A DNA stretch of 64,000 bases, taken from an uncultured Candidatus Rokubacteria bacterium (GTDB lineage Bacteria; Methylomirabilota; Methylomirabilia; Rokubacteriales; DASRDR01). Within the stretch, counting starts at the first letter, position 1. Every line of letters begins with the position of its first letter. The DNA lies in assembly GCA_963708025.1 (NCBI GenBank), contig CAVPSB010000002.1, positions 1 through 64,000 on the forward strand. The letters are read 5' to 3'. Under the pieces are notes generated by a model. It ran no database searches and had not been told where the DNA came from. It was given only the letters and a program-made list of their open reading frames with translations. Made by a program: the position numbers and the translations under genes. This document shows, piece after piece, positions 37,835-48,648 of the stretch.

Positions 37835-38209
37835 CTGCATCTGTACGACGTGCTGATCATTGCCGACCCGCGCCTGACGGAAGAAGAGGTCGCCCAGCTC
37901 AGCACCCGGCTGGTGGAGGCCTGCACCGGCCTCGGGGGCGAGGTCGTCTCGACCGAGAACTGGGGTAAGCGGCGGCTGGCGTACGAGATCCGGAAACAGC
38001 GGGAAGGGACATACGTCCTCCTGCAGATCAAGGCCGAGCCGCCCGCTGTTCGGGAGTTCGAGCGGCAGCTGAAGCTCAACGAGGCGGTCCTGCGCTTCAT
38101 GACGACGCGCGTGATCGAAGGGCGGCGGAAGGCTCGGGCGCCGGTGCCCGAGGAGCCGCCGGCCGACCCGGAGCCGACGATGGACCGGACCGCTGGGGAG
38201 GTCGGCTGA
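37835..38209 (+). CDS. rpsF: 30S ribosomal protein S6 (probable CTG start)
   Basis: (M)HLYDVLIIADP, ENWGKRRLAYEI, NEAVLRFM. Confidence 0.93.
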   Translation: MHLYDVLIIADPRLTEEEVAQLSTRLVEACTGLGGEVVSTENWGKRRLAYEIRKQREGTYVLLQIKAEPPAVREFERQLKLNEAVLRFMTTRVIEGRRKARAPVPEEPPADPEPTMDRTAGEVG

Positions 38210-38619
38210 TGGCGAGCTTGAACAAGGTCTTCCTCATCGGCAACCTGACCCGCCCGCCCGAGCTGCGATACACTCCGAGCGGCACCGCGGTCCTCGATCT
38301 GCGGCTGGCCGTGAATCGGTCCTACACGACCCAGGGCGGGGAGCGCCGGGACGAGACCTGCTTCCTGACCGTGGTGGTGTGGGGCAAGCAAGCGGAGGCG
38401 TCGGCCCAGTACCTGGACAAGGGCAGCCCGGTCATGGTCGAGGGTCGCCTCCAGACCCGCGACTGGGAGGGCAAGGACGGCCAGAAGCGGAACGTGGTGG
38501 AAGTCGTGGCCGAGCGCATCCAGTTTCTGGGCCGAGCGAAGGGGCCCGTGGCCGCGCCCCCCGGCGAGATCGAGCCTGTCGAGGAAGGCGCCGGCCAGGG
38601 CGACGAGGTTCCCTTTTGA
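38209..38619 (+). CDS. ssb: Single-stranded DNA-binding protein
   Basis: LNKVFLIGNLTRPPELRYT, C-terminal DEVPF. Confidence 0.97.
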   Translation: MASLNKVFLIGNLTRPPELRYTPSGTAVLDLRLAVNRSYTTQGGERRDETCFLTVVVWGKQAEASAQYLDKGSPVMVEGRLQTRDWEGKDGQKRNVVEVVAERIQFLGRAKGPVAAPPGEIEPVEEGAGQGDEVPF

Positions 38620-38644
38620 GGCGAATCGCTGAGGAGACGAGCAC

Positions 38645-38884
38645 GTGGTGAAGCCCGTGAAGCGGCGCCGGTTCGGCCGGCGCAAGGTCTGCAAATTCTG
38701 TGTCGACAAGATCGACACCGTCGACTACAAGGACGTCAAGCGACTCCGGACCTTCGTGACCGAGCGGGGCAAGATCATCCCGCGGCGGATCTCGGGGAGC
38801 TGCGCCCGGCACCAACGGCAGCTCACCGATGCGCTGAAGCGGCTGCGCACGGTCGCCCTCATCCCCTACGTCGTCGCCGAGTAG
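38645..38884 (+). CDS. rpsR: 30S ribosomal protein S18
   Basis: [21 protein letters not shown]. Confidence 0.97.
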   Translation: MVKPVKRRRFGRRKVCKFCVDKIDTVDYKDVKRLRTFVTERGKIIPRRISGSCARHQRQLTDALKRLRTVALIPYVVAE

Positions 38885-38890
38885 GATCGC

Positions 38891-39823
38891 GTGACCGCTC
38901 TCCAGGGGACGAGGGGCGTCGTCCTGCTGGGCGCGGGTCTGGGTGTCGTGTTGCTCGGGGTGGAAATCGGTGAGGCGCGCTTCGGCCTGGGGGGTGCCAC
39001 CGCCCTGGTGAGCCTGGTGCCCATCGCCCTCAGCGTCGTCCTCGGGGGCGCGCTGGCAGCCGGGGTGGCGGTGGCGACCACGGTGGCGGGGGTGGCTCTC
39101 TCGCTCGGGGCGTCGGCGGCCATCGTCGTCGGTGTCCGGGAGGTGCTGCCGGGGCTCGTCCTCGGCACGGTGCTGGTCCGGCGCCTTCACCTGCCGGCCA
39201 GCCTCCTGCTGGTCGGGACGGGCAACCTGCTCGGTCTCCTCGCGCTGGTCTGGGCGTACGTGCCGGCCCCGGCCGGCCTCCTCGCCCTCCTCCGGCGCCA
39301 GCTCGAGGCACACGTCGCCGACGTCGACCGATTGTCCAGCCTGCTCGGACTGAACCGCGACCCGGCCTGGGTCGCCGAGTCGGCCCGGGTGCTCGGCGCC
39401 ACGATGCGCATCGCCGGCCCGGCGATCTTCGCCGTGGGGTTGCTCGTGGTCGCCCTCACCAACTACGTCGGCGCCCGGCTCTGCCTGCGCGGCCGCGGGT
39501 TTCGCGCGTTCGCCGAGGAGGCGGTGCCCGACCACGTCGTGTGGGGCGTCATCGCGGCCGGGGCGATGCTCATCTCGCAACAGGAGGCGATCGAGCTGCT
39601 CGGCATCAACGTCCTGATCGTGCTCGCGTTCCTCTACGCCATTCAGGGGCTGGCGGTCCTGCGCCACTTCTTCCAGAAGGCGCGGGTGCCGCGCCCGTTG
39701 CAGGGCGTCAGCTTCGGGCTGTTTGCCGTGCAGCCGCTCCTTCTGATCGCGGCCGCGTGTCTCGGGCTGTCGGACCTCTGGGCCGACTTTCGAAAGATCA
39801 GGCGGGCCGCGACCCCGGCTTGA
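38891..39823 (+). CDS. DUF2232/YybS family membrane protein
   Basis: Multi-TM, IQGLAV, GLSDLWADFRK; conserved position between rpsR and rplI. Confidence 0.85.
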   Translation: MTALQGTRGVVLLGAGLGVVLLGVEIGEARFGLGGATALVSLVPIALSVVLGGALAAGVAVATTVAGVALSLGASAAIVVGVREVLPGLVLGTVLVRRLHLPASLLLVGTGNLLGLLALVWAYVPAPAGLLALLRRQLEAHVADVDRLSSLLGLNRDPAWVAESARVLGATMRIAGPAIFAVGLLVVALTNYVGARLCLRGRGFRAFAEEAVPDHVVWGVIAAGAMLISQQEAIELLGINVLIVLAFLYAIQGLAVLRHFFQKARVPRPLQGVSFGLFAVQPLLLIAAACLGLSDLWADFRKIRRAATPA

Positions 39824-39876
39824 CCCCGCCGTGCCGATACCCGCAATTCGACGGACATGATGGGAGAGACGGAGCC

Positions 39877-40320
39877 ATGAAGATCATCCTGATGGAAGAT
39901 ATCGCATCCCTGGGTCGGCGCGGGGAGGTGCGCGAGGTCGCAACCGGCTACGCGCGCAACTACCTGCTCCCGAAGAAGCTCGCGGTACCGGCCACCCCGG
40001 GCAACCTCCAGAACCTCGAGCATCTCAAGCGCCAGCGCGAGCGAATCGAGCAGAAGGCCCGAGACGAGGCCCAGGCGACCGCCCGGCGGATCGGCGGGCT
40101 GACCTTCGCGGTGGCGACCCGCGCGTCGGAAGACGGCCACCTGTTCGGCTCGGTCTCCGCCCAGGACGTCGTCCAGTTCCTGGAGGGGCACCAGATCGCG
40201 CTCGAGAAGCGCCGGGTGGGGCTGGAGGAGCCGATCAAGGCGCTCGGCGAGTACCAGGTGCCGATCCGGCTTCCCCACGACGTCACGGCGACGCTGGCGG
40301 TGACGGTCAGCCGGGAATAG
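39877..40320 (+). CDS. rplI: 50S ribosomal protein L9
   Basis: MKIILMED, GYARNYLLP, LFGSV. Confidence 0.97.
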   Translation: MKIILMEDIASLGRRGEVREVATGYARNYLLPKKLAVPATPGNLQNLEHLKRQRERIEQKARDEAQATARRIGGLTFAVATRASEDGHLFGSVSAQDVVQFLEGHQIALEKRRVGLEEPIKALGEYQVPIRLPHDVTATLAVTVSRE

Positions 40321-40350
40321 GCGGGACCGCCCGTCGCTCGGGAGGGCAGC

Positions 40351-41706
40351 ATGGCGGCGCTCGTCGAGCTCCCCGGCAAGATCCCGCCCCACAATCTCGA
40401 GGCCGAGCGGGCCGTGCTCGGCGCCATCCTCCTCGAGCCGGGCGTGCTCCCGCGCGCCATCGAGCTCCTGGCCGCCGACGAATTCTACAAGGACGCCCAC
40501 CGAAAGATCTACGGCGCCATGGTCCGGCTCTTCGAGCGGAGCGAGCCGGCCGATGTCCTCACGGTGACCGAAGAGCTGAAGCGGGCGGGCGAACTGGAGG
40601 AGGTGGGTGGGCAGGCGGCCCTGGCCACCCTGATGGAAGAGGCGACCGTCGCCACCCAGTTCGCCTCCTACGCGCAGATGGTCCGGGACAAGGCCCAGCT
40701 CCGCGAGCTGATCCGGGTCGCCCGCGAGATCACCGAGCACGGCTTCGACGAGTCGGAGGACGTCCGGGCGCTGGTCGATCGGGCCGAGCAGATGGTCTTC
40801 CGGATCTCGGAGCGGCGCCTGCACCGGTCGGCGGTGCCGGTGCGCGAGATCCTCACCCGCACCATCGAGCACATCGAGCTACTCTATCGCCGGAAGGAGC
40901 ACATCACCGGCGTGCCCACCGGGTTCAAGGAACTCGACCGGCTGACGGCGGGATTCCAGAAATCGGACTTCGTCATCATTGCGGGCCGGCCCTCCATGGG
41001 AAAGACCGCGTTCGCGCTCAACGTCGCCGAGGAGGTCGCGGTCACTGACGGCCGGCCGGTGCTGATCTTCAGCCTGGAGATGGCCAAGGAGCAGCTCGTG
41101 CAGCGGCTCCTCTGCGCGGAAGCCCGGGTCGACTCGCATCGGGTGCGGACCGGGTACCTGGAAGCGGCCGACTGGAAGCGGATCGGCGTGGCCGCCGGCC
41201 GCCTGGCCGACGCCCCTCTGTTCATCGACGACACCGCCAACCTGTCGGTGCTGGAGGCGCGCGCCAAGGCCCGGCGCATCCGGGCCGAGCACGGGCTCGA
41301 GCTGGTCGTCATCGACTACCTCCAGCTCATGCAGGGCCGCTGGCGCGCCGAGAACCGCCAGCAGGAGATCTCGGAGATCTCCCGCTCGCTGAAGGCGTTG
41401 GCCAAAGAGCTGGAGGTGCCGGTGGTGGCCCTGTCCCAGCTCTCCCGGGCGCTGGAGGCCCGCGGCGGCGACGCCTCCCCGCGCCTGTCCGACCTGCGCG
41501 AGTCCGGCGCGCTCGAGCAGGACGCCGACGTCATCGTGTTCCTCCACCGGCCGGGGCTCTACAAGGAGAACCCGTCCGACGCCGAGAAGAACCTGACCGA
41601 CGTGATCATCGGCAAGCAGCGGAACGGCCCGACCGACAAGCTCCAGCTCGTGTTCAAGCCGGAGTACACGCGTTTCGAGGACCTGTCGCCCCGCGGCCAG
41701 GCCTGA
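40351..41706 (+). CDS. dnaB: Replicative DNA helicase
   Basis: PPHNLEAE, AGRPSMGKT, IDYLQL, LRESGALEQDAD, KQRNGP. Confidence 0.98.
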   Translation: MAALVELPGKIPPHNLEAERAVLGAILLEPGVLPRAIELLAADEFYKDAHRKIYGAMVRLFERSEPADVLTVTEELKRAGELEEVGGQAALATLMEEATVATQFASYAQMVRDKAQLRELIRVAREITEHGFDESEDVRALVDRAEQMVFRISERRLHRSAVPVREILTRTIEHIELLYRRKEHITGVPTGFKELDRLTAGFQKSDFVIIAGRPSMGKTAFALNVAEEVAVTDGRPVLIFSLEMAKEQLVQRLLCAEARVDSHRVRTGYLEAADWKRIGVAAGRLADAPLFIDDTANLSVLEARAKARRIRAEHGLELVVIDYLQLMQGRWRAENRQQEISEISRSLKALAKELEVPVVALSQLSRALEARGGDASPRLSDLRESGALEQDADVIVFLHRPGLYKENPSDAEKNLTDVIIGKQRNGPTDKLQLVFKPEYTRFEDLSPRGQA

Positions 41707-41734
41707 TCCCGGCGCCGTGAGGTAGCGTAGGGCC

Positions 41735-43569
41735 ATGTGGGTCCAGGCCCTCAAGCGGGTCCTGCTCGGCACGCCGATTCCCACCAGCCTGGCCAAGCAC
41801 GAGCGGCTCTCCCGCGTCACCGGGCTGGCCGTCTTCGCCTCCGACGCCCTCTCGTCGGTGGCGTACGCGACCGAGGAAATCCTGCTCATCCTCGTGCTGG
41901 CGGGAACGGCCGCGCTGTACCTCTCGGTTCCGATCGGGCTCGGGATCGCCGCGCTCATCGCCATCGTCGTGAGCTCGTACCGGCAAACCATCCTCGCCTA
42001 TCCGCAGGGCGGGGGAGCCTACATCGTGACCCGGGAGAACCTGGGCCGGTACCCCAGCCTGATCGCGGGCGGCGCGCTCCTGATCGACTACGTGCTCACG
42101 GTGGCGGTCAGCATCGCCGCCGGCATCGCCGCCATCACCTCGGCGGTCCCCGCCCTCTATCCCTATCGAGTCTGGCTCTGCGTCCTGGGGGTCGTTCTCA
42201 TCTCCATCGGCAACCTGCGCGGGGTGCGGGAGTCGGGGAAGCTCTTCGCCACGCCGACCTACCTCTTCGTGGGCGCTTACGCGCTGATGATCGGCTGGGG
42301 CGGGGTGGCCTGGCTCACCGGCGGGGCGGGCGGCCCCGGCGCGGGCCCACCCGGGACCGGGGGGCCCGACGCCCAGCAGCTGACGCTCTTCCTGGCGCTC
42401 CGGGCCTTCGCCTCGGGGTGCGCCGCCCTGACCGGGATCGAGGCGGTCTCCGACGGCGTGCCGGCCTTCCAGCCACCCGGAGGCGCGGAATGCGCGGGCC
42501 GTGCTCGTCTGGCTCGGCGTCATCCTGATCGCGCTCTTCCTCGGGATCACGTTCCTGACCCACCACTTCGCGATCCTCCCGGTCGAGGGCGAGACCGTGA
42601 CCTCGCAGCTGGCCCGGCGGGTCTTCGGGGACAGCTTCTTCTACTACTTCGTCCAGGCGGTGACGACCCTCATCCTGGTCCTGGCCGCCAACACCAGCTT
42701 CGCCGACTTCCCGCGGCTGGCCTTCTTCATGGCCCGCGACCGCTTCATGCCGCGGCAGTTCGCCAACCGCGGGCGATCGCCTCGCCTATCTCGAACGGCA
42801 TCCTGATCCTGGCGGTCCTGAGCGCGTGCCTGCTGGTGATCTTCCAGGGCGACACCCACGCGCTGATCCCGCTCTACGCGGTGGGCGTCTTCGTCTCGTT
42901 CACGCTGTCCCAGTCCAGCATGGTGCGCTACTGGCTCCGGCTCCGGACGCCGCTGCTGGCCCATGCGGGCCGCGCTGAACGGGGTGGGCGCGGCGGCGAC
43001 CGGGCTGGTGATGCTCGTCATCGCGACGACCAAGTTCACCCACGGGGCCTGGATCGTCATCGCTCCTGATCCCTTGCCTGGTCTTTCTCTTCCTCGCCAT
43101 CCACCGGCACTACGAGGACGTCGCGCTCCAGCTTTCTGTGGAGAACGCCGAGCCCCACCGGCCGCCGTCGGGGCACACCGTGCTGGTGCTCGTCGGCGAC
43201 GTACACCGCGGGATGCTCCCGGCCCTGGAGTATGCCCAGGCGCTCTCGCCGAGCGCCCGCGCCGTGTACGTGGAGGTCGACTCCGACTCCACGCGTCGCC
43301 TGGAGGATCGGTGGGGCAAGTGGGGGAGCGGCGTGCCGCTGGTCGTGCTCCGGTCGCCCTATCGTTCGGTGGTCGGGACCTTCCTGGAGTACCTCGATCA
43401 CCTCCAGCGGCAGGCGCCCGATCAGCTCATCACGATCATCCTGCCGGAGTTCGTGCCGGCGCGGTGGTGGCAGCACCTGCTGCACAACCAGACCGCGCTC
43501 CTGATCAAGGGCGCGCTCCTCTTCCGGAAGGGTGTGATCGTGACCAGCGTCCCCTACCACCTCAAATAG
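41735..43569 (+). CDS. APC family permease, KimA/YdaO-like K+ transporter (about 5 single-base insertions)
   Basis: VFASDALSSVAYATEE, YPQGGGAY, ALTGIEAVSDG, LAANTSFADFPRL, LIPLYAVGVF, LLHNQTA distributed over three frames. Confidence 0.88.
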
Positions 43570-44634
43570 CCTGACCCCCGGCGGGGTAGAAGAGGGCGTC
43601 GCGGAGCACGACGCCGATCGGCTCGCCCTCGGGCACCGCGCGGGTCGCGGTGGCGACGAGGTCGTGCGGGCCCAGCCGGATCCGGTACTCGAAGAACTCG
43701 CCGCGGTAGACGCGGGCGACGACCCGAGCCGGCATTCCGGTCCCGGGCGCCTCCAGCTCGACCCGGGCCGGCCGCACCGCGAGTACTCCGGCGCCGGTCC
43801 CGCCGGGAGGCACGCGGGCCTCGATGATCGGCCCCTCGGGCACCGCGGTCAGTCGGGCCCGCCCCGGACCAGCCACCTCGGCGGGGAGGAAGCCGACATA
43901 ACCCAGGAACTCGGCGACGAAGCGGTCGGCCGGGGTCCCGTAGACCGCTTCCGGCCGGTCGAGCTGGTGCAGCACCCCGGCGCCCATCACCGCCACCCGG
44001 TCGGCCAGCGCGAGCGCCTCGTCCTGGTCGTGGGTGACATAGAGAATGGCGGTCCCCACCCGCCGCTGGATCGCCTTCAGCTCGACGCGCATCTCCTGGC
44101 GCAGGCGGGCGTCGAGGTTCGAGAGCGGCTCGTCGAGAAGCAGCACGGCAGGCTCGGCGGCCAGCGCCCGGGCCAGCGCCACGCGCTGCTGCTGCCCGCC
44201 CGAGAGCTGGTGGGGATAGCGAGGGCCGAGCCCGTCCAGGCGCGTCAGCTCGAGGAGCGCCGCCACCCGCCGGGCGCGCTCGGCCGCCGGCACCCGCCGG
44301 AGCCGGAGCGGGTAGGCGACGTTCTGGACGACGGTCATGTGGGGCCACACGGCGTAGGTCTGGAAGACCATGCCGACGCGCCGGGCCTCGGGGGGAGGAA
44401 GACGGCACGGCGCGGCGCCGAGACGGTCACACCGCCGATCCGGATCTCGCCGGCCGATGGGTGCTCGAAGCCGGCCACCATCCGGAGCGTCGTCGTCTTG
44501 CCGCAACCCGACGGTCCCAGGATGGCGACGAACGCGCCGGGCGGCACGGTCAGCGTCACCCCGCGCACGGCGGCCGTCTCGCCGAAGCGCTTCTCGACGG
44601 CCTCCAGCTCGACGGCGTTCGGCCCCTCGCTCAC
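43562..44634 (-). CDS. ABC transporter ATP-binding protein (one base missing in a G run at ~44390)
   Basis: GPSGCGKT in one frame; MVFQTYAVWPHM, LSGGQQQR, DEPLSNLD in another. Confidence 0.88.
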
Positions 44635-46268
44635 GCGTCCCGCACCGCCGGCGCCCCGGCCAGGTACCGCGCCACGAAGTGCCCGGCCAGCGAGACGGCG
44701 ACGATGAGCGTGGCCAGCGCCGCCGAGAGGAGGACCTTCCCCTCCTCGTGGAGATTGAAGGCCATCACGCCGATCGTCTCGTTGCCGGCCGACCACAGGA
44801 TGACGGAGAGCGTGAGCTCGGTCAGCGCCGGCACCGCCGCCAGGACCCAGGCGGCGAGCAGGCCCGACCGGAGGAGCGGCACCGTCACGTCGGCGAGGGT
44901 CCGCCCCAGCGACGCGCCCGAGACCCGCGCGGCTTCCTCCAGCACCGGGTGGAGCTGCGCGAGCGCCGCCGCCACCGGCCGGAGGGCCAGGGCCAGGAAG
45001 CGCGCGATGTAGGCGATCAGGATGATCCAGAAGGTGTTGTAGAGGCGGAGCCCGAAGACCGGCCGCAGGAACGCCAGCACGATGGCGAGCGCCAGCACCG
45101 TCCCCGGCACGGCGAAGGGGAGCGTCACCAGGGTCTCCAGGAGGCCGCCCCCTCGCACCCGCCGCCGCTCGCGCAGATAGGCCACGGCCAGAGCGAGGAC
45201 CACGCACACCGTGGCCGCCGAGGCCGCCAGCAGCAGGCTGTTCCGCGCCGCCCGCCAGACCGCCGGCAGCTGGAAGAGGAGGAGGCGGAAGTTCTCGAGG
45301 CCGAGGTTGTCCACCGAGAGCGGGCGGCCGTAAGCGCGCGTGAGGGCGGTCAGCACGACGGCGGCCAGCGGGATCGCCGACGTCAGCACCAGGAAGAGCA
45401 CCACCCCGGCGCCGCACCAGCCACGAGCGCGGCCGAGCGGGACGATGGGGGCCCGCCCGCGGCCGGTCATCACCGCGAAGCCGCGCTCGCCGAACCACCA
45501 GCGCTGGAGCGCGAGGGCCGCCCCGGCGACAGCGACCAGGAGGAGGGACAGGGCGGCGGCCAGGTGGAGGTTGTACGGCCGGTCGAAGTCGAGGACGGTG
45601 GCGTAGATCTTGGTGGCGAGCACGAAGTACCGGGCCGGGAAGCCGAGGATCGCCGGCGTGCCGAACTCGGCCATGGCGGAGAGGAACACGAGCGTCATGC
45701 CGGCTGCGATGCTCGGGCCCACCAGGGGCAGCGTCACGTCCCGCACCGTCCGCCACGGCCCGGCCCCGGCGCTGCGGGCGGCTTCCTCGAGGGCCGGGTC
45801 CACGCGATCCAGGCCCGCCAGCACCGTGAGATAGGCGATGGGGTACTTGTAGAGGGTCATCGCCAGCACGATGCCGCCGCTGCCGTAGATCCCGACCAGG
45901 GGCTCGGCGCTCCCGGAGAACGCCATCCACGCCTGGTTCAGGAGCCCGGCCGGGCCGAGCACGTAGAGGAGCGCCATGGCGCCGATGAACGGCGGCACCA
46001 GGTAGGGGACGATCAGCAGCCCCTGGAAAGCGGTCCGCGCGGGCAGGTCGGTCCGGCCCACGAGGAGGGCGAGCGCCGTCCCCAGCGTGCCGGCCAGCAC
46101 GGTGGTCCACGCCGACACGGCGAGGGTGTTGCGGAAGACGCGCCACGTGTCGGGGTCGGCCAGCACCGCGCCGAGGTTCGCGAGGCTGGGAAGGGTGTCG
46201 CGGGAGACGCCGTACCAGGCGAGTACGAGCGCGGGGTAGCATACCGCTCCCGCCAGGACGGCGGCCAC
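44631..46268 (-). CDS. Fe3+/thiamine-type ABC transporter permease (true start possibly further upstream)
   Basis: Two LEEAAR motifs, multi-TM. Confidence 0.9.
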   Translation of the reverse strand: MAAVLAGAVCYPALVLAWYGVSRDTLPSLANLGAVLADPDTWRVFRNTLAVSAWTTVLAGTLGTALALLVGRTDLPARTAFQGLLIVPYLVPPFIGAMALLYVLGPAGLLNQAWMAFSGSAEPLVGIYGSGGIVLAMTLYKYPIAYLTVLAGLDRVDPALEEAARSAGAGPWRTVRDVTLPLVGPSIAAGMTLVFLSAMAEFGTPAILGFPARYFVLATKIYATVLDFDRPYNLHLAAALSLLLVAVAGAALALQRWWFGERGFAVMTGRGRAPIVPLGRARGWCGAGVVLFLVLTSAIPLAAVVLTALTRAYGRPLSVDNLGLENFRLLLFQLPAVWRAARNSLLLAASAATVCVVLALAVAYLRERRRVRGGGLLETLVTLPFAVPGTVLALAIVLAFLRPVFGLRLYNTFWIILIAYIARFLALALRPVAAALAQLHPVLEEAARVSGASLGRTLADVTVPLLRSGLLAAWVLAAVPALTELTLSVILWSAGNETIGVMAFNLHEEGKVLLSAALATLIVAVSLAGHFVARYLAGAPAVRDA

Positions 46269-46315
46269 CGGGGCGAGGGGGACGAGCGTGCCGAGCGGAA
46301 AGGGGTGGGCCCTCA

Positions 46316-46395
46316 GTTGGGAACCTCCCGCCTACCCCCCCACCCCCCCTCCCCCACCCACTGGGGGGAGGGGGGCGCCGGAGTCACCCATTCCT
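46316..46395 (+). repeat. Dispersed palindromic repeat family 1, copy D
   Basis: GTTGGGAACCTCCCGCCTACCCCCCC...CCCACTGGGGGGAGGGGG...CCGGAG...CCCATT. Confidence 0.78.
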
Positions 46396-46404
46396 TTCGG
46401 GCGG

Positions 46405-47394
46405 TCACTTGGCTTCGAACAGCTCGCGGTACTTCGCCTTCAGCTCCTCGCGGTGAGTGGCGATGTAGCCCTCGTCGGTCTGCAGGATGTCGAGCGCCTC
46501 GGCCGGCATGCCCTTCGGCCCCTCGATGCCCGGGAGGACCGATATGTAACCCTGCTGGACGAACAGGCGCTGGCCGTCGGAGGAGTAGAGGTAGCGCAGG
46601 AAGGCCTGGGCCGCCGCCACGTTCCGCGATCCCTGGACGATCCCGATGGGCGTTGGGATCAGGATGGCGCCCTCCCGCGGCCAGACGTGGTCGACCGGCG
46701 AGCCCTTCGCCTTCATGTCCCGGAGGAAGAAGTCGACGACGGAAGCGACCTGGAACTCACCGGTGGCCAGCTTCTGGGCCACGGTGCCGTTCGACTGCTC
46801 GACGACGGCCCCGTTGTCCTTGAGCCGGCGGAAGAAATCCCACCCGAAGCCGGGATGGGGAACGAGGGTGCCGAGGGTGGAGAAGGCGGCGCCGGAATAG
46901 AAGGGGCTGGCCATGCCGATCTTGCCCTTGAACCGGGGGTCCGCGAGGTCCTTCCAAGAGGTGGGCCGCTCCTTCACCCGCAGCGTGTTGTAACCGACCG
47001 TGTTGAAGATCAGGCGCACCTCGTGATAGCGGCCGCCCTCGTAGCGGAACTTGGCCGGCGCGCGCTCGGCCTCGGGCGGGGTGTACGCCTGGAGCAGGTT
47101 CTTCCGGGCGAGCTGGGCGAAGAAGTCGACGTCGGCCATCCAGATGAGGTCGGCCTGGATGGCGGCCGCCTGGATCTCGGCCTGAAGCTTCCCGATGACG
47201 ACCTGGGTGCCCGAGCGGTAGATGTTGACGGTGGTCCCCGGCTGCCGCTTCTCGAAGTCGGCCTTCATCTCGTTGACCTTGTCCAGTGACTCCGAGGTGT
47301 AGAGGGTCAGCGTGCCCTGGGCGGCGGCGGGGCCCGCTCCCGCCAGGAGCGCGGTCCCCAGGCACAAGAGCAGCAAGACGCGTGACAGGCTCAT
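46405..47394 (-). CDS. ABC transporter substrate-binding protein (Fe3+/thiamine/2-AEP class)
   Basis: Signal peptide, LTLYTS, PTSWKDL, WPREG. Confidence 0.88.
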   Translation of the reverse strand: MSLSRVLLLLCLGTALLAGAGPAAAQGTLTLYTSESLDKVNEMKADFEKRQPGTTVNIYRSGTQVVIGKLQAEIQAAAIQADLIWMADVDFFAQLARKNLLQAYTPPEAERAPAKFRYEGGRYHEVRLIFNTVGYNTLRVKERPTSWKDLADPRFKGKIGMASPFYSGAAFSTLGTLVPHPGFGWDFFRRLKDNGAVVEQSNGTVAQKLATGEFQVASVVDFFLRDMKAKGSPVDHVWPREGAILIPTPIGIVQGSRNVAAAQAFLRYLYSSDGQRLFVQQGYISVLPGIEGPKGMPAEALDILQTDEGYIATHREELKAKYRELFEAK

Positions 47395-47550
47395 CGGATG
47401 CACCTCTCGTCCTCGCGCCGGTCGGCTACGCGGCGGCGCGACGCTCTCGGCGGGAGACTTGGCGAAGCCTCGCAGATGCCATGGGAAGCTCCGTATGCTA
47501 GACTCGAAGGTCGGTTGACGCGGCGCGATTCCGCCGCACGATATCAAAGA

Positions 47551-48492
47551 ATGCTCAGCACATCAAACGGCGGAGCGCGACTCTCGCTCCGACCGGATCC
47601 GCCGCTCGATTTCGATCTGACCCTGCAGCGCTACCGCCTCTGGGGGATCGACCCGGCCAACGTCTACGTGGACGGCGCCTTCCATCGGGTGGCCCGGGCC
47701 GGCGCAGCGGTGGTGCCGTTCAGGCTCACGGCGTCGGGGTCGGCCGACCGGCCGGCGGTGACGGTGACCTTCGTGGGCCCGGACACGCCGGAGCGCCGCC
47801 AGGCGGTGCGGGCCGAGAGCCGGCGCCTCCTGGGTCTGGACGCCGACCTCGGCGGTTTCTACGCGCGCGCGGCCGGCGATCCCGTCCTGGCCCGGCTCGT
47901 GGAGCCGCTCTTCGGGCTCCGGCCGTCCGTCACGCCCGATCCCTTCGAGATGCTGGTCGGCGCGATCGCGGCCCAGCAGGTCAACCTGACCTTCGCCTTC
48001 GCCACCCGCGCCCGGCTCGTGCGCCGCTTCGGCGAGCCGTGGACGATCGACGGCGTCACCGTCCACGCGTTCCCCTTGCCAGAGGCCGTCGCCGGGGCCG
48101 ACGTCGCCACGCTCCGGGCGATGCAGTTCTCGACGCGGAAGGCCGAGTACCTGATCGGCCTGGCTGGGGCCGTCGCCGACGGCAAGCTGGACCTCGCCGG
48201 CCTGGCCCACGTGCCGGATGACGAGGTGATCGCCCGCCTGACGGCGCTCCGGGGCCTGGGCCGGTGGACCGCGGAGTGGTTCCTGGCCCGCGGGCTCGGC
48301 CGTCCCGACGTCTGCCCGGCCGGGGACCTCGGGGTGCGCCGCGCCGTCGAGGCGCTCTGCTTCCGCGGTCGGGCCTGCGACACTGCGCGCGTGCGGCGGC
48401 GCGCGCTCGCCTGGCGGCCCTACCGGAGCCTGGCGGTGCACTACCTGCTGGCGGGGCTGCGCCGGGCCCGCGCGGCGGCGGCGGCCCAATGA
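47551..48492 (+). CDS. alkA: DNA-3-methyladenine glycosylase II (HhH-GPD)
   Basis: FEMLVGAIAAQQV, LRGLGRWTAEW, PAGDLGV, WRPYRS. Confidence 0.88.
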   Translation: MLSTSNGGARLSLRPDPPLDFDLTLQRYRLWGIDPANVYVDGAFHRVARAGAAVVPFRLTASGSADRPAVTVTFVGPDTPERRQAVRAESRRLLGLDADLGGFYARAAGDPVLARLVEPLFGLRPSVTPDPFEMLVGAIAAQQVNLTFAFATRARLVRRFGEPWTIDGVTVHAFPLPEAVAGADVATLRAMQFSTRKAEYLIGLAGAVADGKLDLAGLAHVPDDEVIARLTALRGLGRWTAEWFLARGLGRPDVCPAGDLGVRRAVEALCFRGRACDTARVRRRALAWRPYRSLAVHYLLAGLRRARAAAAAQ

Positions 48493-48552
48493 GCCATTCT
48501 GGGTCAGCCCTGTCGCCCCACCGACCTCGCGCTGCGTCGGGACTGCGGGCCG

Positions 48553-48648
48553 CCTCCCCTCCCCCCGTCCAAAGGCCGGAGGCCGTCGACTGGTGGGGAG
48601 GGGTCGCCAAAGGCCGAAGGCCGTCAATGGGTGGGGGTGGACCCGAAT
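48553..48648 (-). repeat. Dispersed palindromic repeat family 1, divergent copy F
   Basis: Two CCAAAGGCCGRAGGCCGTC modules plus CCCCTCCCCCC/GGGGAGGGG arms. Confidence 0.65.

Noticed and set aside
46316-46391. Repeat D translated as an N-terminal extension of the permease (in-frame ATG at 46391)
   Set aside because: In-frame TAG after 19 codons; homopolymer lengths here are unreliable, so it cannot be supported
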